From NCBI RefSeq assembly GCF_000255295.1, contig NC_017030.1, forward strand, positions 6,102,328 through 6,166,327: DNA of 64,000 nucleotides, in the 5' to 3' direction. Source of the DNA: Corallococcus coralloides DSM 2259. GTDB taxonomy: Bacteria > Myxococcota > Myxococcia > Myxococcales > Myxococcaceae. Position numbers and translations under genes: made by a program. This document shows positions 20,003 to 30,700 of the stretch, one piece after another (position 1 is the first letter of the stretch; the number at the start of each line of letters is the position of its first letter). Under the pieces are notes generated by a model, which saw only the letters and a list, made by a program, of their open reading frames with translations, made no database searches and was not told the DNA's origin.

Positions 20003-20743
20003 TCAGGGCCTGTCGGCGACGAGGAGCGCTTCCACGTTGCCGGCGGGCCCGGGCACGGGCGAGTCCATCACCCCGCGCACGGTAAGCCCGTGCTCGCGCA
20101 CGAACGCCGTCACGGTGTCGATGGCGTCCTGCCGCGCTTCCGGGTCGCGCACCACGCCGCCCTTGCCCACGCGCTCCGGGCCCACCTCGAACTGGGGCTT
20201 CACCAGGGCGATGAGCAGGCCACCCGGTGAGAGGAACGGCAGCACCGACGGCAGCACCTGGGTGAGCGAGATGAAGCTCACGTCGATGACGACCACGCCC
20301 ACCTTCTCCGGCAGGTCCTCGTCCGTGAGGTAGCGCGCGTTGACCCGCTCGCGGGAGCGCACGCGGGGGTCCACGCGCAGCTTTTCGTGCAGCTGGCCGT
20401 AGCCCACGTCGATGGCGTGCACCCGCACCGCGCCGTGCTGGAGCAGGCAGTCGGTGAAGCCGCCGGTGCTGGCGCCGATGTCCGCGCCCACGCGGCCCGT
20501 CACGTCCAGGCCGAAGCGGTCCATGGCCGCCTTCAGCTTGAGGCCGCCGCGCGACACGTACGGCAGCACCTCGCCCTTGAGGCGCAGCTCGGCCTCCACG
20601 GGGACCAGGGAGCCGGGCTTGTCCACGCGCTGATCCGCCACCACCACCTGGCCGGCGAGGATGAGCGCCTGGGCCTTGGTGCGCGACTCGGCGAGCCCGC
20701 GCTCCACCACCAGCACGTCCAGGCGTTCCTTCTTCGGCTTCAC
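20003..20743 (-). CDS. tlyA: TlyA family rRNA (cytidine-2'-O)-methyltransferase
   Basis: S4-like N-terminus followed by a FtsJ-like methyltransferase GASTGGFTD motif. Confidence 0.85.
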   Translation of the reverse strand: MKPKKERLDVLVVERGLAESRTKAQALILAGQVVVADQRVDKPGSLVPVEAELRLKGEVLPYVSRGGLKLKAAMDRFGLDVTGRVGADIGASTGGFTDCLLQHGAVRVHAIDVGYGQLHEKLRVDPRVRSRERVNARYLTDEDLPEKVGVVVIDVSFISLTQVLPSVLPFLSPGGLLIALVKPQFEVGPERVGKGGVVRDPEARQDAIDTVTAFVREHGLTVRGVMDSPVPGPAGNVEALLVADRP

Positions 20744-22596
20744 CGGCTCTCCTCTCCCAGCAGCGCACGGCCCGCGCGCCGCAGGCCCGCCGCATCCAGT
20801 CCCAGCTGCGTGCGCTGCACCCGCGCGTCCCCGTGCGGCAGGAAGACGTCCGGCATGCCCAGCAGCGTCACCCGAGGCGACACGCCGGAGGCCGCGTACA
20901 GCTCCAGCACCGCGCTGCCCAGGCCGCCCCGGACGGTGCCCTCCTCCGCCACCACCACGTGCCCGCCCGCCGCGGCCTCCAGGAGCGCGGCCTCATCCAG
21001 GGGCCACGCCCGGCGCGCGTCCAGCACGCTCCAGTCCGGCTCGGACCGGGCAGCCTCCAGCGCGGACAGGCCCAGCGGCCCGAGTGTCACCAAGGTCAGC
21101 CGCGAGCCCGCCACGCGCTTCAACCAGCGGGCGCCCGGAATGGGGAGCGCGGCCGGCGTCAGTCGCGAGGCCGCGGAGTCCATCGTCCCCTTCGCGTCAG
21201 CGCGCGCGTCGTGCGTCGGCTGCCCGAGCGAGGACGGTCCCGGCGCATCCGCCCAGCCCTGTGCCATTTCCGGCGGGAGATCCGGCAAGGTGCCGCGCGG
21301 GAAGCGCAGCACGGAGGGCCCGGGGGCCTGGAGCGCGGTGGCGAGCATGGGCCCCAGGTCCTCCCCCACCACCGGGGCCCACTGCGTGAGGCCCGGCAGC
21401 GGCCGGAGGAAGGACACGTCGTAGGCGCCCTGGTGCGTGGCGCCGTCCGCGCCCACGAGCCCCGCCCGGTCCACCGCGAAGACGACGGGCAGCCCCGGCA
21501 GGCACACGTCGTGGACGATCTGGTCGTACGCGCGCTGGAGGAAGGTGGAGTAGATGACGCAGATTGGCTTCGCGCCCGCCGCGGCCAGCCCCGCGCAGAA
21601 CGTCACCGCGTGCTGCTCCGCGATGCCCACGTCGTGCACGCGGTCCGGGAAGCGCGCCTTCAGGCCGGTGAGCGCGCTGCCCTCCAGCATCGCGGGCGTC
21701 ACCGCCACCACGCGTGGGTCGCGCTCCAGCGCATCACCCAATACCTGGGCGAAGGCCTCGCTGTACGTGGGCCGTCCCCCGCGCGAGCGCACCAGCTTGC
21801 CGTCGCGCCACTCGTACGGCCCCATCGCGTGGCCGCGCGTCTGCTCGTCCGCCTCCGCAGGCGGGAAGCCGCGCCCCTTCTTCGTCAGCGCGTGCACCAC
21901 CACCGGGCGCGATGACGCCTTCGCCTCGCGCAGCGCCCGCGTGAGCGCGCCCAGGTCGTGCCCGTCCACCGGGCCCAGGTAGGTGAAGCCCAGCGACTCG
22001 AAGAAGGCGCGGGCATTGCGCGTGCGCAGGAGCGCGGGGATGGCGCCCACGTTCGCGCTGATGGACATCTGGTTGTCGTTGAGGACCACCACGAGCGGCA
22101 GCGGACTGCCCCCCGCATTGTTGAGCCCCTCGAAGCTCAGGCCGCCGGTGAGCGCGCCGTCGCCCACCACCGCCACCACGTGGCCCGTATGGCCCAGCTG
22201 CCGCCGGCCGGAGAGCAGCCCCAGCGCCGCGGAGATGGCCGTGCACGCATGCCCGGCCGCCAGCGCGTCGTGGTGGCTCTCCCGCGGATCCAGGAACGGC
22301 GCGATGCCGTCCGCCTGCCGCAGCGTGTGCATCCGGTCGCGCCGGCCGGTGAGCAGCTTGTGCGCGTACGCCTGGTGCCCCACGTCGAAGAGGAGCGCAT
22401 CCTGCGGCGTGTGGAAGACGCGGTGCAGGGCCACGATCAATTCGACCGCGCCCAGCGACGCGCCCAGGTGGCCGCCCACGCGTCCGCACGTGGTGATGAT
22501 GGCCTCGCGCAGCGCCTCGCACAGGCCGGGCAGCGCGTCCTCGGGGAGCGCGCGCACATCCGTGGGAGACGCGACACCGGACAGCACGTCCGCCAT
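20740..22596 (-). CDS. dxs: 1-deoxy-D-xylulose-5-phosphate synthase
   Basis: ThDP-binding GDGALTGG motif, transketolase-like domains, 618 aa. Confidence 0.9.
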   Translation of the reverse strand: MADVLSGVASPTDVRALPEDALPGLCEALREAIITTCGRVGGHLGASLGAVELIVALHRVFHTPQDALLFDVGHQAYAHKLLTGRRDRMHTLRQADGIAPFLDPRESHHDALAAGHACTAISAALGLLSGRRQLGHTGHVVAVVGDGALTGGLSFEGLNNAGGSPLPLVVVLNDNQMSISANVGAIPALLRTRNARAFFESLGFTYLGPVDGHDLGALTRALREAKASSRPVVVHALTKKGRGFPPAEADEQTRGHAMGPYEWRDGKLVRSRGGRPTYSEAFAQVLGDALERDPRVVAVTPAMLEGSALTGLKARFPDRVHDVGIAEQHAVTFCAGLAAAGAKPICVIYSTFLQRAYDQIVHDVCLPGLPVVFAVDRAGLVGADGATHQGAYDVSFLRPLPGLTQWAPVVGEDLGPMLATALQAPGPSVLRFPRGTLPDLPPEMAQGWADAPGPSSLGQPTHDARADAKGTMDSAASRLTPAALPIPGARWLKRVAGSRLTLVTLGPLGLSALEAARSEPDWSVLDARRAWPLDEAALLEAAAGGHVVVAEEGTVRGGLGSAVLELYAASGVSPRVTLLGMPDVFLPHGDARVQRTQLGLDAAGLRRAGRALLGEESR

Positions 22597-23489
22597 CAGG
22601 ACTTCCGCTCCACCGAGTAGCGCGCCAGCGCCGCCAGCGGACCGTCCACGCCCTCCAGCGGGCGCACCGCCGCCTCCGCGCGGGCCACCAGCTCGTCGGC
22701 CATGCGGCGGGACTCGTCCAGCCCCACCACCGCCGGGAAGGTGAAGCGTCCGGCCTCCGCGTCCGCGCCCACCGGCTTGCCCATGGCCTCCGCGCTGGAG
22801 GTCACGTCCAGCACGTCGTCGGCGATCTGGAAGGCCAGGCCCACCGCCTCACCGTACGTCACCGCGCTCATGAGCGCCGCCGCGTCGCCGCCAGCCGCCA
22901 GGACGCCCATCCGGCATGCCGCGAGGATGAGCGCGCCCGTCTTCATCCGGTGCAGCCGCAGGAGGTAGTCCAGCGCCGCGGCCCGATCCGCCGCGATGTC
23001 CAGCACCTGTCCGCCCACCATCCCGCTCGCGCCCGCCGCGCGCGCCAGCTCCGCGCACAGGAGGCCGCGCACCGGCTCCGGCCCTCCGGCGAGCACGTGG
23101 AAGGCCTCCGTCAGCAGCCCGTCCCCGGCCAGCAGCGCCAGCGGCTCGCCGTAGACCTTGTGGTTCGTGGGCCGGCCCCGGCGCAGGTCGTCGTTGTCCA
23201 GGCAGGGCAGGTCGTCGTGCACCAGCGAATAGGTGTGCACGTACTCCAGCGAGCACGCCGCATCCAACACCACGGCGCTGTCGGTGCTCGCCTTCGCCAC
23301 CGCGTCCGCGAAGGCCAGGCACAGCACGGGGCGCAGGCGCTTGCCGCCCGCGAGCAGCGAGTAGCGCATGGCCTCCGCCAGCCGGGGCGGCGTGCCCGCG
23401 GGACCCAGGCGGTCCGCGCGTTCGAGCAGGAGCGCCTCCACCCGCGCCTGCTGGGTGCGCATGAAGGGTTCCAGGTTGAAAGCGGCCAT
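22596..23489 (-). CDS. ispA: Farnesyl diphosphate synthase / geranyltranstransferase
   Basis: FARM motif LVHDDLPCLDNDDLRRG and a second Asp-rich motif. The start MAAFNLE is internal to the ORF 22596..23690. Confidence 0.85.
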   Translation of the reverse strand: MAAFNLEPFMRTQQARVEALLLERADRLGPAGTPPRLAEAMRYSLLAGGKRLRPVLCLAFADAVAKASTDSAVVLDAACSLEYVHTYSLVHDDLPCLDNDDLRRGRPTNHKVYGEPLALLAGDGLLTEAFHVLAGGPEPVRGLLCAELARAAGASGMVGGQVLDIAADRAAALDYLLRLHRMKTGALILAACRMGVLAAGGDAAALMSAVTYGEAVGLAFQIADDVLDVTSSAEAMGKPVGADAEAGRFTFPAVVGLDESRRMADELVARAEAAVRPLEGVDGPLAALARYSVERKS

Positions 23490-23494
23490 CGGCG

Positions 23495-23884
23495 TCAGGG
23501 CTCCTTCGCCACGTCGGCGGGGATGAGTTCGCGGATGCGCTTGACGAGCGCGTCCAGCTCCAGCGGCTTCACGAAGTAGTCGGCCGCGCCGACCTCCATG
23601 CCGCGCCGCTTGTCCTCCGGGTCTCCCCGCCCACTGATGAAGATGATGGGGATGTCCCGGAACTGCTTGTTCTGCTTCACGGCCTGGCACAGCTCGAAGC
23701 CGTTGATCCAGGACATGTTCACGTCCAGGAGGATGGCGTGTGGCCGGTGCAGCTCCAGCGACGCGACGAGCCGCAGGCCGTTGGCTGCGGACATGACCTC
23801 GAACCCCTCGGCCCCCAGGGCCTCGGCGAGCAGTTCGCGCGTGTCGCGGTCGTCATCGACAATCGTAATCTTCGGCTTCGACAT
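23495..23884 (-). CDS. Single-domain response regulator (CheY-like receiver)
   Basis: Receiver fold with phospho-acceptor D in ILLDVNMSWINGFEL and a conserved K. It has no output domain. Confidence 0.8.
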   Translation of the reverse strand: MSKPKITIVDDDRDTRELLAEALGAEGFEVMSAANGLRLVASLELHRPHAILLDVNMSWINGFELCQAVKQNKQFRDIPIIFISGRGDPEDKRRGMEVGAADYFVKPLELDALVKRIRELIPADVAKEP

Positions 23885-23914
23885 GCCCGGCCTCCGCCCT
23901 TCCCCAGCTGATGC

Positions 23915-24253
23915 CTAGAACGGGACATCGTCCTCCGGTGGCGGACGCGCCTGCGCGGTCGTCCGGGGGGCAGCCTGGGGAGCGGGCCGGGCCGCCACCG
24001 CCAGCGGCGCCACGACGTCCTGGCCGTCCTCGTCCACCAGCAGCTGCTCGATGCGCTGCTCGGCCTCCGTGAGCAGCTTCTCGCCCCTGCGAACCAGGCG
24101 GATGCCCTCCTCGAACGCCTTGAGCGACTCTTCCAACGACAGGTCGCCGCTTTCCAGCCGCGCCACCGTCTCTTCCAGGCGCGACACCACGTCTCCGTAC
24201 TGCTCCGGAGCGGGCTCCACCTTGGGGTTCTTGTCCGACTTCGCCACGGCCAT
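23915..24253 (-). CDS. xseB: Exodeoxyribonuclease VII small subunit
   Basis: XseB-like helical protein (FEEGIRLVRRGEKLL) next to xseA. Confidence 0.8.
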   Translation of the reverse strand: MAVAKSDKNPKVEPAPEQYGDVVSRLEETVARLESGDLSLEESLKAFEEGIRLVRRGEKLLTEAEQRIEQLLVDEDGQDVVAPLAVAARPAPQAAPRTTAQARPPPEDDVPF

Positions 24254-24294
24254 CCACCTCCCCGAGCGGGGCGCGGAATGTAGAGGGTGGCCCG

Positions 24295-26010
24295 CTAGCA
24301 GTCCACCGGGCCTTTCAGGCTGGTAACGGTCGCTTCGATTTCTTCACACCCACCCAGGGTTTTCGCCCCGTGGGCCGCCAGCTTGATGCCCAGCACGTCC
24401 CCCACCGCCACGTCCGCCGTGGAGCGCACCACGACGCCGTCCCGCTGGCGGAACGTCACCGCGTAGCCGCGGGACATCACCTTCAGGGGGCTCAGGGCGT
24501 CCAGGCGGCCCCCCAACCGTCCGAAGTGCGTCTGCGCGGACGCCAGCATGCCCCGCTGCAGCTCCAGGAGCCGCGCTCTCGCCTGGGCCACCTTCGCCCG
24601 CTCGGCCGCCACCCGCGCCGTGGGGGATTGCCGCTCCAGCCCCAGCCGCGCGTCCGCGAGCGCGCCCCGCCGCCGCGTCACGCCCGCGCGCGCCGCCTCC
24701 GACAGGCGCATGGCCAGTTTCAGCAGGTGCGCCCGCTGCTCCGACAGCCGCGTCTGGGGCCGCGCCCGCTGCAGCCGCTCCTGCAAGGCGCGCAGCGTCT
24801 CGCGGTGCTCGCGCGTGCGGGGGCGCAGCACGCGCATCATCGCCTCCACCTGTTCGGACAGGTGCAGGCGCTGGTGGTTCACCTCGCGGCGTGGATCCGG
24901 CAGGCGCGCGCGAAGCTGGCCCTGGCTCTGGCGCAGCTCCAGCACGCGGCGCTCCATGGCCCGGCGCAGCCGGCCGGACTGCGTGGCCAGCGTCAGCTCC
25001 AGATCGGCGAGCACCGGCGCCAGCCGCTCCGCCGCCGCGCTGGGCGTGGGCGCGCGCAGGTCCGCGACGAAGTCGGAGATGGTGAAGTCGATTTCGTGGC
25101 CGATGGCGGACACCACCGGCACCGGCGAGGCGAAGATGGCGCGCGCCACCCGCTCCTCGTTGAACGTCCAGAGGTCCTCCACGGAGCCTCCGCCGCGCGT
25201 CACGACGATGACGTCCACGTCGGTGCGCGAAAGCCGCTCGATGGCCCGCGCCACGTCCTCCGCGGAGCCTTCCCCTTGCACGCGCGCGTCCGCCAGCAGC
25301 ACGCCCAGCCGGGGGTTGCGCGAGTGCAGCACGCGCAGGAAGTCCTGGAGCGCCGCGCCGGTGCGGCTGGTGACGACGCCGATGCGCCGGGGCAGGAACG
25401 GCACGGGCCGGGGCGGCCGCACGCGCCGGTCGCCGATGAGCCCCTCCGCCGCCAGCCGCTGCTTGAGCTGCTCGAACGCGAGCGCCAGCGCGCCCTCGCC
25501 CACCGGCTCCAGCCGGGACACGATGAGGCTGTAGCGGCCCTGCGGCTCGTACAGGTCCACGCTGCCCTCGGCCACCACCTCCATGCCGTCGCGCAGCGCG
25601 AAGCGGATCCGCGACGCCATGGACGCCCACACCTTCGCGTCGATGGAGGCGTCCGCGTCCTTGAGCGTGAAGTACCAGTGGCCGCGCGCGTTGGCGCCCC
25701 GGAAGCTGGACACCTCGCCGCGCACCATCACGCGCGGGAAGCGCGACTCCACCGTCTGCTTGATCTGCCGGGTGAGCTCGCCCACCGACAACACCGTGCG
25801 CTCCGGGCGCGGCGGCGGGGGGACGGCGGCCGGGGGGGGCGGCGGAGCGATTTCAGCCACCGGCGCGGTAGGCGGGGCCGCAGGCGGCTTGCCTCCGCTG
25901 GCGGCCTTCGCCGGCGCGGGACGCAAGGGGGGTAGCAGCGACGTGCCGAACAGGTCGCCCTGCCCCGGCTCGTCGGCCGGAGGCGGCTCCATCCCCTTGC
26001 GCTTCTTCAT
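24295..26010 (-). CDS. xseA: Exodeoxyribonuclease VII large subunit
   Basis: OB-fold N-terminus (GHWYFTLKDADASI) and catalytic core (TRGGGSVEDLWTFNEE). The start MKKRKGM is internal to the ORF 24295..26541. The protein has a Pro-rich N-terminal extension. Confidence 0.85.
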   Translation of the reverse strand: MKKRKGMEPPPADEPGQGDLFGTSLLPPLRPAPAKAASGGKPPAAPPTAPVAEIAPPPPPAAVPPPPRPERTVLSVGELTRQIKQTVESRFPRVMVRGEVSSFRGANARGHWYFTLKDADASIDAKVWASMASRIRFALRDGMEVVAEGSVDLYEPQGRYSLIVSRLEPVGEGALALAFEQLKQRLAAEGLIGDRRVRPPRPVPFLPRRIGVVTSRTGAALQDFLRVLHSRNPRLGVLLADARVQGEGSAEDVARAIERLSRTDVDVIVVTRGGGSVEDLWTFNEERVARAIFASPVPVVSAIGHEIDFTISDFVADLRAPTPSAAAERLAPVLADLELTLATQSGRLRRAMERRVLELRQSQGQLRARLPDPRREVNHQRLHLSEQVEAMMRVLRPRTREHRETLRALQERLQRARPQTRLSEQRAHLLKLAMRLSEAARAGVTRRRGALADARLGLERQSPTARVAAERAKVAQARARLLELQRGMLASAQTHFGRLGGRLDALSPLKVMSRGYAVTFRQRDGVVVRSTADVAVGDVLGIKLAAHGAKTLGGCEEIEATVTSLKGPVDC

Positions 26011-27755
26011 CGCGACAGCTTCTCGACCCAGCCCTGGGCCTTGCCGTGCAGCTCGTCGTCCGGCGGCGTCATCGCGACGACGTCGCGGAACTTGGGCAGC
26101 GCGTCCTCCGGGCTGGAGTCCTTGATGGAGTAGGCCTGCATGTACAGGTCCTTCGCCTTGCCCTTGAGGTCGTTGACGATGTTGGCGGCGCCCGTGTGGC
26201 TGGGGTCGGCCTGGAGCGCGCGGCGGGCGAACTCCATGGCGCGCGACCACTGGCCGGCGGCCTTCGCGCCCGCGGCGCTCTTGTAATAGATGTTGCCCGC
26301 GCGGGTGCCCGCGTTGCGCGCCATCTTGCTCGTGCGCCCGTCGGTGATGTCCTTGTCCAGCGCGAGCAGGCGGGTGAGGCCCTTGGCGTCCAGGTCCTCC
26401 AGCTTCTTGTAGAGGTTGCCGAACTCCGTCATCTGCCCCATCAGCTGCTTGCACTGGGGCGTCTTCGCCGAGCACGCATTGAGGATGGCCACCGCGCCGG
26501 TGATGTCCGCGTCGCGGAAGCGGTCCACCGCGGGCTCCCACGGCTTGGGCGCCGCGGCCACGCGCACGGGGTCCGGACGCGTCAGGTCCGCGATGACGCG
26601 CGCGGCGTCGTCATTGACGAGCTTGCCGTCGCGGTGCTCCGGGAAGGTCGCGAGCACGTCGTCGGTGATGGCCTTGGCCTTCTGCACGTTCTCCAGCTGG
26701 CGGGTGTCCAGCAGCCCCTTGGCCTCCTTCGTGCGCTTGTCGGCGGCGTCCGTCAGGTTCTTGCGCGCCGTCTTCAGCTGCTCGTAGAGCTGGGTGTCGC
26801 TGCTCACCTTTTCGATGGACGCCTTCGCTGCGGCCAGCTCCCCCTTGTCCAGCGCCGCCTGGGCCATGCCCAGGTGCTTCTGGTTGGGAATCTCCCGCTC
26901 CGCGGCCTTCAGGTAGTCCTCCACGCCGGGGTAGGTTGGCGCCTGCGTGTGGAGCTCCTCCAGCTTCGCCTTGGCCTGCTCCCACTGGCCCTCGCGCACC
27001 AGGTTCTTGGCCTCCTGGAAGAGGCCGCCCAGCTGCTCGCGGTACTTGCGCTGCTCCGCCTCGATGCGGCCCTGCTCCTCCTGCTGCTGCCGCATGCGCG
27101 AGCGCGCGACGCCCAGGCCCGCGAAGAGCACCACCAGCACGGCGACGCCCGCGAGCTTCATCCGCATGCGCTTGCGCTGCATCTCCGGCGTGAGCTCCGC
27201 GGCGGCCGCGGCCCGCGACGTCTGCGGGCGCGCGCGGCCCTCCCGGGGGGGACGCGATGGCACGGCCGTGGGACCGCGACCCGCCGCCGTGGACGGACGG
27301 GGCCGGGGGCTGGAGGGGGCCTGCACCTTGGCGGTGCTGTTGGCGGTGTCCTCGTAGCGCAGCTCCGAGTCGCCCAGCGTGATGACGTCGCCGTTGGCGA
27401 GGAGCGTCTCCTCGGCGATGGGCTCGCCGTTGACGATGGTTCCGTTGCCGGAGCCCATGTCACTGACCATCCAGCCGGCGGACTCCTTGCGCAGCGTCAC
27501 GTGCTTGCGGGAGACGGACGTGTCCTGGATGCAGATGGGGTTGTCGGTGGCGCGGCCGACCGTGTACTCGAGCTCGGAGAGCGCGAACTCCTCGCCCTCC
27601 ATGGGGCCGGCGACGACGACGAGCTTCGCGGGGCGGGCCGCGGCGGCACCGGCGGTCGACCGGCGGACCGGCGCGCGCGAACCCGTCCCGGAGGAGGGCG
27701 TACCGGATGTAGGCCGGCGGCGGGCGGGGGGAGGTGCGTTCGACATGGAGGTCAC
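26007..27755 (-). CDS. FHA domain protein with a transmembrane segment and a C-terminal helical (TPR-like) domain
   Basis: FHA motif ...YTVGRATDNPICIQDTSVSRKHVTL...NGTIVNG, then a TM helix (GVAVLVVLFAGLGVA). Its stop overlaps the xseA start (ATGA). Confidence 0.75.
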   Translation of the reverse strand: MTSMSNAPPPARRRPTSGTPSSGTGSRAPVRRSTAGAAAARPAKLVVVAGPMEGEEFALSELEYTVGRATDNPICIQDTSVSRKHVTLRKESAGWMVSDMGSGNGTIVNGEPIAEETLLANGDVITLGDSELRYEDTANSTAKVQAPSSPRPRPSTAAGRGPTAVPSRPPREGRARPQTSRAAAAAELTPEMQRKRMRMKLAGVAVLVVLFAGLGVARSRMRQQQEEQGRIEAEQRKYREQLGGLFQEAKNLVREGQWEQAKAKLEELHTQAPTYPGVEDYLKAAEREIPNQKHLGMAQAALDKGELAAAKASIEKVSSDTQLYEQLKTARKNLTDAADKRTKEAKGLLDTRQLENVQKAKAITDDVLATFPEHRDGKLVNDDAARVIADLTRPDPVRVAAAPKPWEPAVDRFRDADITGAVAILNACSAKTPQCKQLMGQMTEFGNLYKKLEDLDAKGLTRLLALDKDITDGRTSKMARNAGTRAGNIYYKSAAGAKAAGQWSRAMEFARRALQADPSHTGAANIVNDLKGKAKDLYMQAYSIKDSSPEDALPKFRDVVAMTPPDDELHGKAQGWVEKLSR

Positions 27756-27782
27756 CGCGTCCTGCTGAGGGGGGCACGGGCC

Positions 27783-30700
27783 CTAAAGCTCGTGCTCATA
27801 GGCTTTTTCCTGCGCGAGATTGTGGCAGCGATGCTCGGCCGTAGGGAAGCGTCTCCGTACGTCTTCCAGGGTCGCGACCGCATCCCGTCGGCTGCGGAAC
27901 TGAACCGCCCGCTGGAACTGCATCATCAGCTGGCTGCAGCGGTGGTCCAGCTCCGTTGAAATCTGGGCGATCCGCTCCCGGACGTCCTCGTAGAGCTCCG
28001 GCTTTTCGTCCAGCGCTTCCAGGGTGATCCACGCGGAGCGGTAGTCCTTCCACGCCTTGAACAGGTTCTCCGCGCCCACGTCCTTGAGCTCGTAGAAGCG
28101 GGCCCCCGACTTCGCGTACTCCCGGGCGTCGAGGACCAGCTGCTCCGGCGACGCCTCCGGCACCGGGATGATCTCCAGCCGCAGGTTCCAGATGCGCCAC
28201 GGGTCACGGCCGGGCGGGTTGAGGGCGTTGTCGAAGAGGAGCTGGTTGTTGGCGTTGCGCCGCAGGAGGCTGGGCGGGAGGATCTGCTCCAGCTCACGCT
28301 CGGCTGTCTGGGCAGTGTCCGGGGGCACCCAGCCCAGGGACACGCCGTTGAGGGACAGGTTGACCTCGTCCCGGGCGATGTTGCTGGCCTGGTAGTGCAG
28401 CACCGCCACCGCGCGCGTGGGGGACACGAAGCGGAAGTCGAAGAGCTTGTCGTCGGCGTGGACCCAGCGCACGCCCTCGCCCAGACCGAAGGAGTCCGTC
28501 ACCGGCTCCATGCCCAGCTTGAAGGGTTCGCGGCCCGGGAGCCGGATGGCCGTGGGGGACACGAGCGCCACGAGCAGCGTCACCACGGCCAGCACGGCCA
28601 CGGCCGCCAGCGACGCGAAGCCGATGCGCTTGGGCAGCGACTGGCGCTGCCAGAAGAGGACGAGCTGCCCCTGGAGCGACCGGGCCAGTTGACGCCGCCT
28701 GCGGGCCTTGTCGGCGGCGGACGAGGGTTCGACCTTCGCGACGACCGTCACCGGGCCGTTGGGCACGGGCTGGACGAAGGAGTCCTCCCGGTCGGCCGGT
28801 ACGGACTGGGTGGCTTCGCCCTCCCCGTTCGGAGCGGGCGCGCGGGCCAGCAGAGGGGTCTCGCCCGGAAGCGGGCCGGGGTTCAGGGTCGGGGCAGGCG
28901 CGGCCCGCTCCCTGCCGACGAACGTCACCGGCTCCGGCGGAGGCGCCACGGCCGGTGCGGCGGTGCCGGGCGCGACCTGGCCCGTGAAGGTCCCGGAGGC
29001 CCGGGTCTCCTCGGGGGCCAAGGAGAGGTCATCGTCCTGGCCGACGAAGGTCGAGGGCTCGCTGGAGTCGATCGCGGCGGCGGGAGCGCTCACGACGCGC
29101 ACCGGAGGGGCCACGAGCGGGCTGACCGGGGTGATGGGCCGGAGGTCGAGGACGGTCCGCTCCTCGGGCTCCTCCATCGCCGGCGGAAGCAGCGCGGGCG
29201 AGGCGTCCTGAGGAGGCGGCGCCTTTTCCAAGGGCGGCGCTACCGGGGTCGCCGGAATCGCCATCAGCGTGCGCTCCTCGGGCTCGTCCAGCTCCGGCAG
29301 GGGCAGCACGGGCGGCGGCGCGGCGGACACGGGCGAGTCCACCGAGGCAATCGCCATCAGCGTGCGCTCTTCGGGCTCGTCCAGCTCCGGCGGGGGCAGC
29401 ACGGGCGGCGGCCCGGCGGGCACTGGCGAATCCACCGAGGCAATCGCCATCAGCGTGTGCTCTTCAGGCTCGTCCAGCTCCGGGAGGGGCAGCACGGGAG
29501 GCGGCGCGGCGGCGGGCACGGGCGAGTCCACCGAGGCAATCGCCATCAGCGTGCGCTCCTCGGGTTCGTCCGGCACCACCGAGGCCAGGTCCACGGGAGG
29601 CGGTGCGACGGAAGGCCGTGCTGGAGGCGGCGGAGCCATGAGCCCCGGCGGCGTCATCAACGGCAGGCCCGGCGAGGAAGCCGCGGCACCCCGAGCCGCC
29701 GGAGCAGCGGACGCGCGCGCGGCGCCAAGCCCCAGCGAGGGACGGTTCAGCGCGGGCGCACCGACCCCAGGCAGGTTCGCGACAGCGTTCTGCTTCGCGG
29801 GAACTGGAGCCGCGACCTTCTCCGGAGCAGGAGTCGCCGCGTGGGCAGCCCCCATCGAAGCCGGGGTTCCGGCCGCGGGAAGCTCGAGCGCGGTGATGTG
29901 CGCGGGCTCCGGCGCGGACGGCCGGCCCGGTCCCGAGGCACCGACGGCCGCCAGCCCCGGCCCGGAGGCCCGGACGGAGGCGGAAGCTCCCGAAGCCGTG
30001 TTCGCCGTCGAGGCACTCAGCGCCGGGGGGCCACCAGGAGCCTTGGCCGGAGCACCCACGCCCGGAACGGCAGGTCCCAACACAGGAGGCGCGGCGGGAA
30101 CCTTGCCCGAAGCAGCCGATGCGGAGGCCCCCAGCACAGGCGGCCCCACGGGAGGCTTGGGCGGAGCCGCAGCCCCCGGCGCGGAGGCACCCAGCACAGG
30201 AGGCGCGGCGGGAACCTTGCCCGAAGCAGCCGATGCGGAGGCCCCCAGCACAGGCGGCCCCGCGGGAGGCCTGGGCGGAGTCGCAGCCCCCGGCGCGGAC
30301 GCTCCCAGCACAGGAGGCTTTGGCGAAGTCACCGCCCCCGGCGCTGAGGCGCCCAGCACAGGAGGCCCGGCGGGAGGCTTGGGCGGGGCCGCCGTACCTG
30401 GCGCGGAAGCGCCGAGCACAGGCACCGGCGGAGTCCGGGCCGGAGCGGCCGCGACCGGCGCTGGAGCACTGACCGCCGGCAGATCCGGAGCGGAGGGGCG
30501 CTTCGGTGTGGCGGCCGGCATCGGCATCGCCGGGGTCGCCCCACCCTTCGCGGCGGGCATGGCCATTCCCGGGCGCGGTGGAGACGCCGGCCGGGCCATG
30601 GCCGGCATCGACTGCTGGTAGCTCGTGGGCGCCGCTTCGATCTCCGCGAGCGACGCCTGCTCCAGGCCCTGCGGCGACACCTTCGCGTTGGGCGGCGCGA

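Noticed and set aside
29256-29600. Regularly spaced 93-96-nt direct repeats, considered as a possible CRISPR-like array
   Set aside because: The repeats abut each other with no unique spacers, are in frame within a long CDS and encode a repeated peptide. This is a coding tandem repeat, not CRISPR.
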